Shown here: piece after piece, positions 9,671 to 19,622 of the stretch
Position numbering within the stretch: the stretch's first letter is position 1
How the letters are laid out: every line of letters begins with the position of its first letter
Assembly (NCBI GenBank): GCA_963777505.1
Contig: CAVZQN010000011.1
Location: 195,775 to 259,774, forward strand
Reading direction: 5' to 3'
Length of the DNA: 64,000 nt
Origin: an uncultured bacterium
GTDB taxonomy: Bacteria; Acidobacteriota; HRBIN11; JAKEFK01
Made by a program: the position numbers and the translations under genes
The notes under the pieces: model-generated
Databases searched by the model: none
The model's input: the letters and a program-made list of their open reading frames with translations, nothing else
Told to the model about the DNA's origin: nothing

Positions 9671-10561
9671 ATGAAACGTTTTTTAGTGATGTTCTTGTCT
9701 GTCGCATTGCTGGCGGCATTAGTTCAGGTTTCTCCGGCAGAAGCAGCGGGCAAGAAAATTCGTGTAGCTGTTTTTGATTTTGAAAACCACAGCCAATGGC
9801 ATTGGTGGGGGGACAACCTAGGCAAAGCTGCCGGTAATGAATTCGTAACACACCTTGTAAATAGTGGCGAATTTACTGTAATTGAACGCGAGAAGATTCA
9901 GGCAGTTCTTGCAGAACAAGGTCTTGGGGCTTCGGGTGCTGTGACTCCATCAACAGCTCCAAAAATTGGAAAAATGCTAGGAGTGCAATTGCTGTTTACC
10001 GGTTCGATTACTTCATTTAGTATTAAGAAAACTGGTGGAAGCATTGCTGGTTTTGGTGCATCGTTTGGAAAAGCAGAATCGAAGCTTGATGTAAGAATGA
10101 TTGATACAACCACAGGTGAAATTCTTCTTGCAGCAACAGGCGCAGGAAATAAGAAAATGGGCGGAGCATCTTTCCAAGGGACGAGCTTTGAACAGCAATA
10201 TGATGAAGGAGTCGCAAGTGAAGCGCTACGTCCAGCAGTAGAACAGGTTACAAAACAGGTCCTGGCGCAGAAGGATAAATTGACGCATCTTGCTCCAGTT
10301 GCCGGTGCCGGAAAAGTCGTTGATGTAAAAGCAGCCAATAAAATTTACATTGATGGCGGTCAGGAAGGCGGCGTAAATGTTGGCGATACATATGCCGTAT
10401 ACCGCGTAACTGAAGAAATTAAAGATGAAGATGGGAACGTTCTTGATACAGTTACAGAAAAAGTGGGTCAGATCGTAGTGACACAAGTCTTAACGAAATC
10501 AGCGATCGCAGAAACAAGAAGCGGAACCATTAAGAAGGGCGATACTTACAGAAAAGAGTAA
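9671..10561 (+). CDS. CsgG/HfaB family protein with FlgT C-terminal-like domain
   Basis: VAVFDFEN, FTVIEREKIQAVLAEQ, RMIDTTTGEI; IYIDGG...VNVGDTY; GGAGG SD. Confidence 0.85.
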   Translation: MKRFLVMFLSVALLAALVQVSPAEAAGKKIRVAVFDFENHSQWHWWGDNLGKAAGNEFVTHLVNSGEFTVIEREKIQAVLAEQGLGASGAVTPSTAPKIGKMLGVQLLFTGSITSFSIKKTGGSIAGFGASFGKAESKLDVRMIDTTTGEILLAATGAGNKKMGGASFQGTSFEQQYDEGVASEALRPAVEQVTKQVLAQKDKLTHLAPVAGAGKVVDVKAANKIYIDGGQEGGVNVGDTYAVYRVTEEIKDEDGNVLDTVTEKVGQIVVTQVLTKSAIAETRSGTIKKGDTYRKE

Positions 10562-10584
10562 TTCGTCCGGAGCATTGATTTCAT

Positions 10585-10617
10585 AAAGGCCCGCTGCAGG
10601 CGGGCCTTTTCTTTTTT
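10585..10617 (+). terminator. Rho-independent terminator
   Basis: AAAGGCCCGC-TGCAG-GCGGGCCTTT followed by a T tract. Confidence 0.9.
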
Positions 10618-10629
10618 ACGGCAGAACGC

Positions 10630-11229
10630 ATGATAAAAATACAATTAACCACCGCAACGATATTAACGTTGTTGCGAATGTTCTTAATTCCATTTGTTGC
10701 GATGGGGATCCTGTATAACCGTTACGGTCTTGCGTTGATTATTTTTCTAGTCTCCGGTGTAACTGATCTCTTGGACGGTTTTATCGCGCGGAGATTTCAG
10801 CAAAAAACGAAGCTGGGTGCATTACTGGATCCGATGGCGGATAAAATGTTGCTGTCTGCATCCTTTTTGTTACTGACATTTCCCAAAGACTTAACCGTGG
10901 CGATCCCGCTCTGGCTAGCAATTATGGTATTTAGCCGTGATATTTTTATCGTGGTGAGCGCAGTCGCTGTAACTTTAACTACCGGATTCAAAAAATTTGA
11001 GCCATCGATCTATGGCAAAGCAAGCACGTTTATACAAATTGCGTGCGTACTTACAGTGCTTGTGTTGAATTATTTGCGATGGGACCCAGACTGGGTTCAA
11101 TGGCTATTTTATCTGACGTTTGCTCTCACGCTTTTTTCCGGAGTTCACTACATATATATTTTTACGCAAAGATATGCGGAGTTTGAAGGATCACAGGGTC
11201 AAGATAATAGAAACAACCCTGCAGGATAG
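10630..11229 (+). CDS. CDP-alcohol phosphatidyltransferase (PgsA/cardiolipin synthase-like)
   Basis: DLLDGFIARRFQQKTKLGALLDPMADK signature. Confidence 0.92.
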   Translation: MIKIQLTTATILTLLRMFLIPFVAMGILYNRYGLALIIFLVSGVTDLLDGFIARRFQQKTKLGALLDPMADKMLLSASFLLLTFPKDLTVAIPLWLAIMVFSRDIFIVVSAVAVTLTTGFKKFEPSIYGKASTFIQIACVLTVLVLNYLRWDPDWVQWLFYLTFALTLFSGVHYIYIFTQRYAEFEGSQGQDNRNNPAG

Positions 11230-11267
11230 ACAATCGCCGGTTTCTATGCGTTAAATTAGCAAGCCTT

Positions 11268-12368
11268 ATGGATGTTAAGAAGCCGAAGTGGATGAGAATC
11301 GGAGTCATTGCTGTAATTATTCTTGCAGCAATTTTCTTCTATAAATTGCGCGGCGTTTTATGGCCATTCGTTTTTTCCTTCTTTATTGCGTACATCCTGA
11401 ATCCCTGGGTAGATTTTTTTCAGCGGCGCCGTTTTTCGCGAACTGTTTCAGTCTTCATCGTATTCGGCATCGTTGTGGTGATGTTCATTGGTTTCTTATT
11501 AATTCTTGTGCCGCAGATTATGACCGAAGTCGATCATGTGCGTGAGAAATTTCCCCAATACGTTGAGGTAGCCCGTTCAAAATTATTGCCGTGGTTTCAA
11601 GATTGGCTTAAAGAACATCCTGATATTCAAAAGAATATGCAGGATTACTACGAAAAATCGTTGAAACCGCGAATACCCGCACTGTTAACGCCAGTGCTTG
11701 CATTTCTTGGTTCCATGTTTTCCGGGGTTGCTAGTTTTATCGTTGAAATGTTGAATGTCTTGCTTGTACCGGTGCTTGCGTTTTACATGCTTTCTGATTT
11801 TCCACGGATCAAGCAGCGATTTATGGAATTGTTTCCGCCAAGACACCAATCTTCGGTACAAACAAAGATCGTGGAAGTCGATGACGCGCTGGGAGGATAT
11901 TTACGCGGACAGCTTACGGTCTCGTTATGTCTTGCGGTCATCTACATCATAGGTCTGCTGATTCTGCGAGTGCCGCTCGCAATTCCTATCGGAATCTTTT
12001 CAGGACTCGCCAACATGGTCCCTTATCTGGGTATTATTTTGGGTATCAGCATGTCATTTATTTTTTCGTTTGTTGATAATCAGGATTGGCATCGATTGAT
12101 TTGGATTGTTGTTGTTTATTCACTTGCGCAATTGCTGGAAGGTGTTGCGATTGGTCCGCTGATTGTTGGAAAGCGAACCGGTTTGCATCCCGTGCTGATC
12201 ATGCTCGCACTTGTAGTTGGTGGAACGCTGTTTGGATTTATTGGGATGCTTCTCGCAGTGCCTGTATTTGCGATGGCCAGTGTGTTCATCAAGTCGGCAT
12301 ATTTCTGGTATCTCAATTCAGAATGGTATCAAGAACGGAAAACACCAAAACCCACCATTGCTGAATAG
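11268..12368 (+). CDS. AI-2E family transporter
   Basis: AYILNP, GYLRGQL, VPYLG, GLHPV, GMLLAVP; multiple TM segments. Confidence 0.92.
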   Translation: MDVKKPKWMRIGVIAVIILAAIFFYKLRGVLWPFVFSFFIAYILNPWVDFFQRRRFSRTVSVFIVFGIVVVMFIGFLLILVPQIMTEVDHVREKFPQYVEVARSKLLPWFQDWLKEHPDIQKNMQDYYEKSLKPRIPALLTPVLAFLGSMFSGVASFIVEMLNVLLVPVLAFYMLSDFPRIKQRFMELFPPRHQSSVQTKIVEVDDALGGYLRGQLTVSLCLAVIYIIGLLILRVPLAIPIGIFSGLANMVPYLGIILGISMSFIFSFVDNQDWHRLIWIVVVYSLAQLLEGVAIGPLIVGKRTGLHPVLIMLALVVGGTLFGFIGMLLAVPVFAMASVFIKSAYFWYLNSEWYQERKTPKPTIAE

Positions 12369-12393
12369 GAATTAACCGCAAAGACGCAGAGCT

Positions 12394-13293
12394 ATGATAA
12401 ATGTAACTGAACAGCAAGTTAGAGAATTATTGCCAGTATCTGAATGTATTGATGTACTTCGTGATGCTTTTTCGCGCGACTTCATCAACATTCCACGTTA
12501 TCGATTAAAGTCCGCAAATTCGCTGCTGAGTGTAATGTCGGCTTCGATTCCGGATCTGGGCATCATGGGCTTGAAATCGTATAGCAGTACACACGAAGCC
12601 AGTTATTTTGTCGTGTTGTTGTTTAATGAGCGCGATGGCAAGTTGATGGGAACATTCGAGGCAGATGCACTTGGACAAATCCGTACAGGCGCCGCAAGCG
12701 GTCTCGCAACTTTATTTTTAAGCAGACAGGATTCTACAATCGGTGCAATCATCGGTACAGGCTTTCAGGCAGAAACACAGCTGCTCGCTATTGATCATGT
12801 TAGAAATTTAAAAGAAGTTAGAATCCATTCACGATCGGAAGAAAATCGTTCAAAGTTTGTAGATAAAATGCAGTCTCGTGTAAAGGCTCGACTTGTTGCA
12901 AAAAACACCGCTGAAGAGGCAGTTCGTGACGCAGATATTATTTGCACGATCACAGCGTCAAAGACACCTGTCGTTCTTGGTGACTGGATTAAGCCTGGAG
13001 CGCATCTGAATGCCGCCGGAACGAACTGGGCATCGAAACGTGAGGTAGATGAAGCGACTGTAAAACGCAGCACATTGATTGTCGTTGACCATCGAGAACA
13101 AAGCAAAATTGAGGCAGGCGACCTGATTGGTATCGTTGAAGATTGGAATAGTGTTTACGAATTAACCGACGTAGTTCGAGGTCGTATTGGGCGGACCTCA
13201 CCGGAGCAAATCACATTCTTTAAGTCCAACGGTCTTGCTGTTGAAGATATTGCATCGGCCTTCCATCTATACAAGAAAATTATTCAACAGTGA
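12394..13293 (+). CDS. Ornithine cyclodeaminase/mu-crystallin family protein
   Basis: RTGAASG, IGTGFQA, TFFKSNGLAVED. Confidence 0.92.
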   Translation: MINVTEQQVRELLPVSECIDVLRDAFSRDFINIPRYRLKSANSLLSVMSASIPDLGIMGLKSYSSTHEASYFVVLLFNERDGKLMGTFEADALGQIRTGAASGLATLFLSRQDSTIGAIIGTGFQAETQLLAIDHVRNLKEVRIHSRSEENRSKFVDKMQSRVKARLVAKNTAEEAVRDADIICTITASKTPVVLGDWIKPGAHLNAAGTNWASKREVDEATVKRSTLIVVDHREQSKIEAGDLIGIVEDWNSVYELTDVVRGRIGRTSPEQITFFKSNGLAVEDIASAFHLYKKIIQQ

Positions 13294-13331
13294 AAAAGCC
13301 TTTCCACAAACTTCCAGTGTCTGATTCAAAG

Positions 13332-14372
13332 ATGAAGCTTTTGTTTCTTTTACTATTCTTTGCGATGGTTACATCCTCATTTGCAGCCTCCGATCTCGAA
13401 CTCAATCAGGTAACGCCAACGATCGACTCTAACGAACAGCTCCTCCGACTTCAGCTAACGATTTCGAATCGTGGGACAGCTTCTTCCGAAAACATACGCT
13501 GCAGGCTGAGTCTTTACTCCGGACAACAACTCGTAGAATCCGTCATTTATCAGTTGCAGCCGTTAGGTTCAGGTGAGTCGCGGGAAGAAAATTTAGACTG
13601 GAAGATTACTGCCTCGGGCGCAAATGCAATTGGCGTTGAGCTGTTTGATGAACTTCTTCCAGATGAATACCCTTCAAATAATTTTGTGAAATTGGCATTT
13701 CGATTTCCTGGAGTAGCTAAATCGGATTTAGAGCTAGTTGAAGTGAAGTTTCCTGAAGAACAGAAATTGGAAGGAAAGAGCGCTGTGTTTCGAGTGTTGA
13801 TTCGTAATAAAGGTCCGGTTGAAATCAGATCATCAATCCTGAAAATCGACCTTACTCAATTTCGACAGTCTGTTGTTTCCATGACTAAGAAATTAGGACG
13901 ACTGGAGCCAGGCGAAGAGAAAGAAGTGAAAGCCGTGTTGAGTCTTCCGATTGATGGCATATCCGTGGAACAAGTCTTGTTTGAAGCTCGCTGCGATATT
14001 CAGGATTCTTCGGTTGAGGAAGATGACTTGTCTAATAATGTATTTTCGAAACCATTGCTGCTCAGTATACGAATGCCGGATTTGATCGTGAAAGATATGA
14101 GAGTTGATGGACGCGGAAATCTTGCATTTTGGGTCGTCAATCGCGGCACTGCCCGATCGTTACCGACAGTCACTGCGCTGTATGTGAATGGCGCATTGGT
14201 TCGCCGGTTCAACACTCCTGAGATGGGAGTTAGTAAATCGCGGCGGCATGTTTATGGTGGTACAAAAGTGCCGGTCGGGACGCAAGTAGCTGTTGTTGCA
14301 GATTTCAATGCTGATCTAAGTGAATCATCCGAAGAAAATAACCGGCTGAATTTTACTGTCCCTTCCAAGTAG
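13332..14372 (+). CDS. Exported protein with three CARDB (Ig-like) domains
   Basis: Signal peptide MKLLFLLLFF; three DL...N.G...E...NN repeats. Confidence 0.8.
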   Translation: MKLLFLLLFFAMVTSSFAASDLELNQVTPTIDSNEQLLRLQLTISNRGTASSENIRCRLSLYSGQQLVESVIYQLQPLGSGESREENLDWKITASGANAIGVELFDELLPDEYPSNNFVKLAFRFPGVAKSDLELVEVKFPEEQKLEGKSAVFRVLIRNKGPVEIRSSILKIDLTQFRQSVVSMTKKLGRLEPGEEKEVKAVLSLPIDGISVEQVLFEARCDIQDSSVEEDDLSNNVFSKPLLLSIRMPDLIVKDMRVDGRGNLAFWVVNRGTARSLPTVTALYVNGALVRRFNTPEMGVSKSRRHVYGGTKVPVGTQVAVVADFNADLSESSEENNRLNFTVPSK

Positions 14373-14402
14373 AAGAAAAGATTTACCACAGAGACACGGA
14401 GG

Positions 14403-15790
14403 TTAATCTTTTTCGATGCTGAGGCGTTTCATCATTTTGCGCAATCCAAATGGAGTGACATTCAGTTGCTCCGCAGCTTTTGGTACATTCCCTTGATGAT
14501 GATCCAGTACCCGAAGGATTAATCTTTTTGTAAATTCATCCACAGTCGTTCTTAGATCAAACTTTCCTTCTTGCAGCGTTACATCCATCAGATCGCTGAC
14601 ACTACCGCCGCCGCTTCCAAGTAACTTTTCCGGCACCAGATGAACATCAAGAACTTCACCAGGATGAGCCAACGCGACCATCGCTTTCAAAATGTTAATG
14701 AGTTCCCGGACATTTCCCGGATAGGAATAACTCATCAACAGCGCAAGTAATCGTTTACTGATTCCGGTCAGCCTCTTATTTTCTTTTGCGGAAATTTGAT
14801 ACAACAGAGCAGGAATCAGGACTTCGAGATCATCCTTCCGTTCACGAAGCGGCGGAATATAAATTTCGATTGCGGCAAGCCTGTGATAGAGATCCTCACG
14901 AAGCTTTCCTTGACGCATTAAATCCTGAGGGTCTTCGTTGGTTGCAGAAAGAACACGAAAGTTTACCGGGATGCGGCGATTCTCACCAATCGGAGTAACC
15001 GATTTGTCCTCAATTGATCGCAGAATTTTTGGCTGTAATGCAATTGGAAAAGAGCCGAGTTCATCTAAAAACAAAGTCCCATCTTCTGCAGCCATAATCT
15101 TTCCCTTGCGCTGATTCACATTCGTTGCTGCTTTTTCTACGATTCCAAATAATTCAGCTTCGACAAGTTCGGATGGTAAGGCTGCGCAATTCACCGGTAT
15201 AAATGGTCCCCCAGATCGTTTACTGGAAAGGTGGACCATGTTGGATAGAAAATCTTTTCCAGTGCCTGTCTCACCGATGAACAGGATATTGATATCGCTA
15301 TCGGCAATAGAATGCAGTTTTTTGTACGTCTCCATCATTGCCTGCGATTTTCCAAGAATCATTCCGGGAGGCAGCACAAGTTTTGGAAATGAAAATGGAA
15401 TTCCTTCTGCGCGAAGTTCGACTTGCCCAATCGATCTGTTTCTGGAATGTTTCCCAAAACTCTTGGATCATCGGGAAGATTGATCTTTTGAATTTCTTCA
15501 GAAGTTGGTTCTACGCGGATTGTAATCGCACCAGTTTCGATCACATCACCAGGTTTGAGGATTTGCGAAGAAACCTTCTTGCCGTTTAGCAACACACCAT
15601 TCGTGCTTCCTAGATCCTGTAAAAGCCATCCGGAACCTTTTTTGGTCAATGAAAAATGACGACGAGAAATTCCCTTATATGGAAGATAAATCGCATTATC
15701 CGGCAGAGAGCCGGCGGTCACTTCTGGGACATCATCCGAAAGAGGGAAGGGAATCCTTCGTTCGTTACAGATCGCAACGAGTTGAATCAC
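14403..15790 (-). CDS. FHA-domain sigma54-type enhancer-binding protein, split by one frameshift near 15430
   Basis: FHA (ISRRH, STNG) in 15359-15790; AAA+ (GETGTGK, VNCAAL, LFLDE, ATN, REDLYHRL, YPGNVREL) and Fis HTH in 14403-15377; the AAA+ frame stays open upstream into the FHA ORF. Confidence 0.85.
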
Positions 15791-15845
15791 ATGTGTTTTG
15801 TATCACAACCCGGGAGAATTCCATAGAAATGTACTCATCAATTCC

Positions 15846-15880
15846 GCAACTGCCGTTGTTGAAGAAGCAACGCGAATTGC
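15846..15880. promoter_or_regulatory. Tandem inverted-repeat sites, candidate bEBP upstream activator sequences
   Basis: GCAAC-TGCC-GTTGT (15846) and GCAAC-GCGA-ATTGC (15867), 21 bp apart, about 80-115 bp upstream of the predicted start site. Confidence 0.5.
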
Positions 15881-15931
15881 TGCATTTGAGGCTCTTTCGA
15901 CGGAGACTCGGATGAAAATCATCGATTTCTG

Positions 15932-15948
15932 ACGGCATGGTCTTTGCT
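15932..15948 (+). promoter_or_regulatory. Sigma54 (-24/-12) promoter
   Basis: CGGCATGGTCTTTGC: GG 15934-35, 10 nt, GC 15946-47, upstream of ATG 15972. Confidence 0.75.
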
Positions 15949-15971
15949 CGGTACGTCTCGGGTACTCAAGC

Positions 15972-17942
15972 ATGATTTTGTTGAGATGTATGATGCTACT
16001 TTTTCTCTCCGAGACTTTATTCGCGCAGAATCCTGTCATTCTTACGCTTCTACACCAGACACCGACTGCCGATAGTGAAACTTCAATCAATACGCCACTG
16101 ATTCAAGTGAGATTTGATGATCCTGAAGCGAAGCTGCAATTGGAGAAATTATTGATTGAGGTCGATCGAAATGATGTGACTTCAATTGCGCAATTTTCAG
16201 ATAGCACACTGACTTATCAACCCGCTGCTCCATTAAATACAGGAACACATGAAATCAAAATCAACGGTACGCTCAATGACGGAACGGCGTTTCAAGAAGT
16301 GAAATGGAGTTTCAAAGTTACGGATCCTGAAGTGCCTCGTAACTTAAGTCTTGAGATTCAACCAACAATTTCGTTTGAACAAGCTCTCTATTTAGATGCC
16401 CCTGGCAAAGAAAACGAAACCCTGCTATCGAACATAAATTTCAACTCCCGGACGAGTGGTCCGGTAACAAGCTCACTGGTTTCAACATTTCAAGGACAGG
16501 ATCAGATTGTTGCAGGAAGAACAAGATTCGATCTCGCTACACTTCAGGCAAATTTTAATACACGCACAACAAATCTTTTTTTAGGTGATGTCGTTCTAAA
16601 TCAGGATCAATTGGGCATCAATAATCTTGCGCGCCGTGGAATTATGTTCCAACAAGGATTGCCGTTCTTGAAATCATCCTTTGATGTTTTCTCTGTTCGT
16701 TCAGAAACAATCTTTGGTTTCAGGCATGGACTAGGAATTTCAAACAGCGATCAAAGAGTTGACGGCGGTTCTTTCTTTTTTTCGCCAACAAGAAATGAAA
16801 GTTTAGGTTTGCGGCTTTACTATTTGCGAGGCGAAAACGCGCTCGCACAAGGGTTTAATTTCGGAGGCGTGACTGTAGGCGAGAAAGGGAATGCGTATGG
16901 TCTCAATGTAACGAGCCTTCTTTTCCAGGGGAAGATCCGTGCTGAAGCATTTTCGGGATGGAGCGATTTCGACTTAAACAGCACTGATGAAATTGAAGGG
17001 AATCCAGACCGTGGATTCCTTGGGCGCATTTCCTACACTCCCAATCCATTTACGTTTAAGGGTCGTCCTTCTTCTTTTATTTTACAAACCGAAATTCAGG
17101 ACATCGGATTGTTTTACAGGTCACTTGGAAATCCATTTCTTGTTGCGGATCGGCGTGGCTTAAATCTGACTTCAACCTGGACAGTTGGGGCAATCAGCCT
17201 GATTGGCGGCGCTTCCAGGTTTCACGATAACGTCAAAAATTCTCCTTTGCTTGCGAAAGTAAACAACACCGGATACACCGCAGGAGTTGCAATAACACCA
17301 GTTCCCACAGGCACATCTTTTACACTTCCTTCGTTTGCGTTGAACTACACACGCACAGAACAAGACAGCGAAAACGAACCCGTGGCATTTATGGGAATCA
17401 AAAACCGTATCAACAATTTTGCAAGCATCCTTTCCTGGAACGTCCACAGATTAAATCTGGGACTGAACGCCAATCATTCAATGAATCGTGACGAAAACAA
17501 TCGTGTGCCTGATACGAATGTAACTCAAGCGACGCTTGCTTTGTCCTACGTTTCTTCCGCGGCCATGAATTTCGGACCTTCGATTGCATATACGCGTCAA
17601 TCCGATCTGGATTCAAGAATCAATCAACAACTGTGGACATATTCGCTGACTTCCAGCCTTCCACTTTTTCGTCCGGATTTCATTTTGAACAATCAAATCA
17701 GCTTGTCTACAGTGGACAGTTCAAACTCACTTTCACTGAGTTCGAATTTTAGTGGAACGGCTCAATTGTTATGGAATTTAAATCAGACCTGGCAGAATCG
17801 AGGAACACAAACTCTTTCACTGCGCATCTCATATAACCGTAATCTCATTGAAGCGCCATTCTTTACGCTTACAAAAGGATTGGAAGTCTTTGCGGCCGTC
17901 AGTTTTGGCTGGCCGTTACTGAACACCTGGGAGGGAAAATGA
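15972..17942 (+). CDS. Predicted large outer-membrane beta-barrel with N-terminal Ig-like domain
   Basis: Signal peptide; YQPAAPLNTGTHEIKI...WSFKV Ig-like segment; long run of amphipathic beta strands. Confidence 0.65.
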   Translation: MILLRCMMLLFLSETLFAQNPVILTLLHQTPTADSETSINTPLIQVRFDDPEAKLQLEKLLIEVDRNDVTSIAQFSDSTLTYQPAAPLNTGTHEIKINGTLNDGTAFQEVKWSFKVTDPEVPRNLSLEIQPTISFEQALYLDAPGKENETLLSNINFNSRTSGPVTSSLVSTFQGQDQIVAGRTRFDLATLQANFNTRTTNLFLGDVVLNQDQLGINNLARRGIMFQQGLPFLKSSFDVFSVRSETIFGFRHGLGISNSDQRVDGGSFFFSPTRNESLGLRLYYLRGENALAQGFNFGGVTVGEKGNAYGLNVTSLLFQGKIRAEAFSGWSDFDLNSTDEIEGNPDRGFLGRISYTPNPFTFKGRPSSFILQTEIQDIGLFYRSLGNPFLVADRRGLNLTSTWTVGAISLIGGASRFHDNVKNSPLLAKVNNTGYTAGVAITPVPTGTSFTLPSFALNYTRTEQDSENEPVAFMGIKNRINNFASILSWNVHRLNLGLNANHSMNRDENNRVPDTNVTQATLALSYVSSAAMNFGPSIAYTRQSDLDSRINQQLWTYSLTSSLPLFRPDFILNNQISLSTVDSSNSLSLSSNFSGTAQLLWNLNQTWQNRGTQTLSLRISYNRNLIEAPFFTLTKGLEVFAAVSFGWPLLNTWEGK

Positions 17943-19126
17943 AAATCTTCAAAAGAATATTTCTTGTGGCATCGTTACTCTATACATTTCCATTATTTGC
18001 TCAGTTGAGTGTGGTCAACGTGCCAACCGGCGCGGCGGTCGTTCTGATTCAACCTTCAGCAGTTTTCATTAGTTGGAATGCTCGCTCCGGAGCTGCAAAT
18101 CCATCGACTGTGATTTCGGAAGAAGGTTTGTTTGTTTTGGACAATCAAGTTTTAGGACGCGTCGGAACTCCACTCACCGGATCCATTGCACCAAACGGGA
18201 ACGCAAGCCTGACCGAAACACTGTTAGTTCCCCCTGATATCGCGAACCGCGTATTCCATCAAAACGCGAATACGTTTTTCTACCGCCGCATATTCCGCTC
18301 AACTGCGGATGGCTCCACTGCTACCGCTGCGCTAACATGCCGCGTATCTACTAGCGCATTTGGTAATTTCTCAATTGCTTCAGTCACATTATTTTTTGAT
18401 AACGAAAGAGGTCAAGCAACTTTTCAACAAAATGATTTGAAAGCTCATGCATTTGCAGAAATCCACTACAACGGAAGTGGTTTGATCAAAGCTGCATGGG
18501 AAGTGCAGGAACCTTCGACTTTGTCCTTTCGGATTCTACAACAAGTGAATTACCATTTGAGTTTTGGAGATCGGATCCTTTTTCGAAGTCCGGATTTACC
18601 TCCGTTACCAACGCTTTTGGCGGGAGTCCATCAATTAAGATTCAGGATTCTTGAACCAGTTTCAGGTTTTGAATATCCCATCGTTTCTTATTTTGTTACT
18701 CCCGCACCAGGAGAAACAAAAGAAAAAGCAGATTCAAAATTGAGTTTGATTGTACCTGCTGATCTTGGGACGATGATCAAAGGATCTTCTTTTCAATGGG
18801 AGGGAGAGATTGAGGGAAGCAAAATCATAAAAATTTCAGTTTACGAAAAGTCCTCTGTCTCTCTGACAACGCCTGCGAACTTTTCATACGATGAAAAATC
18901 AACTTCAGGAACTGTAAATCTAAATACGTCCGATTTAACGCTTGTAAGAGGTGTTGAAGTATTTTCAGCTGTGCTTGCTTCGAGTACCCGAAGTTACATT
19001 CCTAAAGATACGCAGTGGAAGAGGCTCCTTCCAGGCACAAAATATCTCTGGCAGGTCGCTGCTCTTGATGTTGAAGGAAAAGTCATTGGTGAAAGCAATC
19101 TTCGTGTTTTTCAGGCAAAGCAATAA
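17939..19126 (+). CDS. Exported beta-sandwich (Ig/Fn3-like) hypothetical protein
   Basis: Signal peptide; LLPGTKYLWQVAALD Fn3-like motif; ATGA overlap with the upstream gene. Confidence 0.7.
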   Translation: MKIFKRIFLVASLLYTFPLFAQLSVVNVPTGAAVVLIQPSAVFISWNARSGAANPSTVISEEGLFVLDNQVLGRVGTPLTGSIAPNGNASLTETLLVPPDIANRVFHQNANTFFYRRIFRSTADGSTATAALTCRVSTSAFGNFSIASVTLFFDNERGQATFQQNDLKAHAFAEIHYNGSGLIKAAWEVQEPSTLSFRILQQVNYHLSFGDRILFRSPDLPPLPTLLAGVHQLRFRILEPVSGFEYPIVSYFVTPAPGETKEKADSKLSLIVPADLGTMIKGSSFQWEGEIEGSKIIKISVYEKSSVSLTTPANFSYDEKSTSGTVNLNTSDLTLVRGVEVFSAVLASSTRSYIPKDTQWKRLLPGTKYLWQVAALDVEGKVIGESNLRVFQAKQ

Positions 19127-19138
19127 TGGAGTGATGTT

Positions 19139-19551
19139 ATGAATCAATACTTACGCATTTTGGTTTTTATGATTCTTTTCGGGATAGGCAATATTTTTGG
19201 TTTAGAAAACGATAAACCTGAAGTTGTAATGCAACTTGCAAAAGAAGGAACTGTATTGTCAAACAATATTGCTGTTTTGACACAGGAAGCGAATAATTTC
19301 TTGAACCGTTTGTCTACCGATAAGGTTTATGCAGCGCGACTGTTGGATGCAGTTGGCAGAAACGATCAAGCGGGCGTTCTGGCAGTGATGAAAGAAACAT
19401 TACCTCGTGGCATTGTGTCGGATTTAAGAATGAATTCGGGTTTTGAATTTGCATTTTCTGTTGGAAACGGATTTGTACCCAGAAGGTTTATGTCTGTGTA
19501 TCAAGCTCCGGCGCATGCTTGGGTAAACGAGCATCAGTGGAGGTTCGTTAA
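19139..19551 (+). CDS. Small exported hypothetical protein, probable frameshift near 19470
   Basis: Signal peptide; an alternative frame ends QKVYVCVSSSGACLGKRASVEVR* just before the repeat, whereas the listed ORF reads through the repeat into the convergent gene. Confidence 0.55.
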
Positions 19552-19622
19552 GGCAGGGGAGCAGGGGGGCGAGGACGTGGGCAGAGGGGCAAGTGCCGAG
19601 GAGCAGGGGACGTCATCACTCA

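Noticed and set aside
15359-15361. TGA ending the FHA ORF (LCCLPE*) as recoding
   Set aside because: The AAA+ domain is in a different frame that is already open upstream, so this is a frameshift
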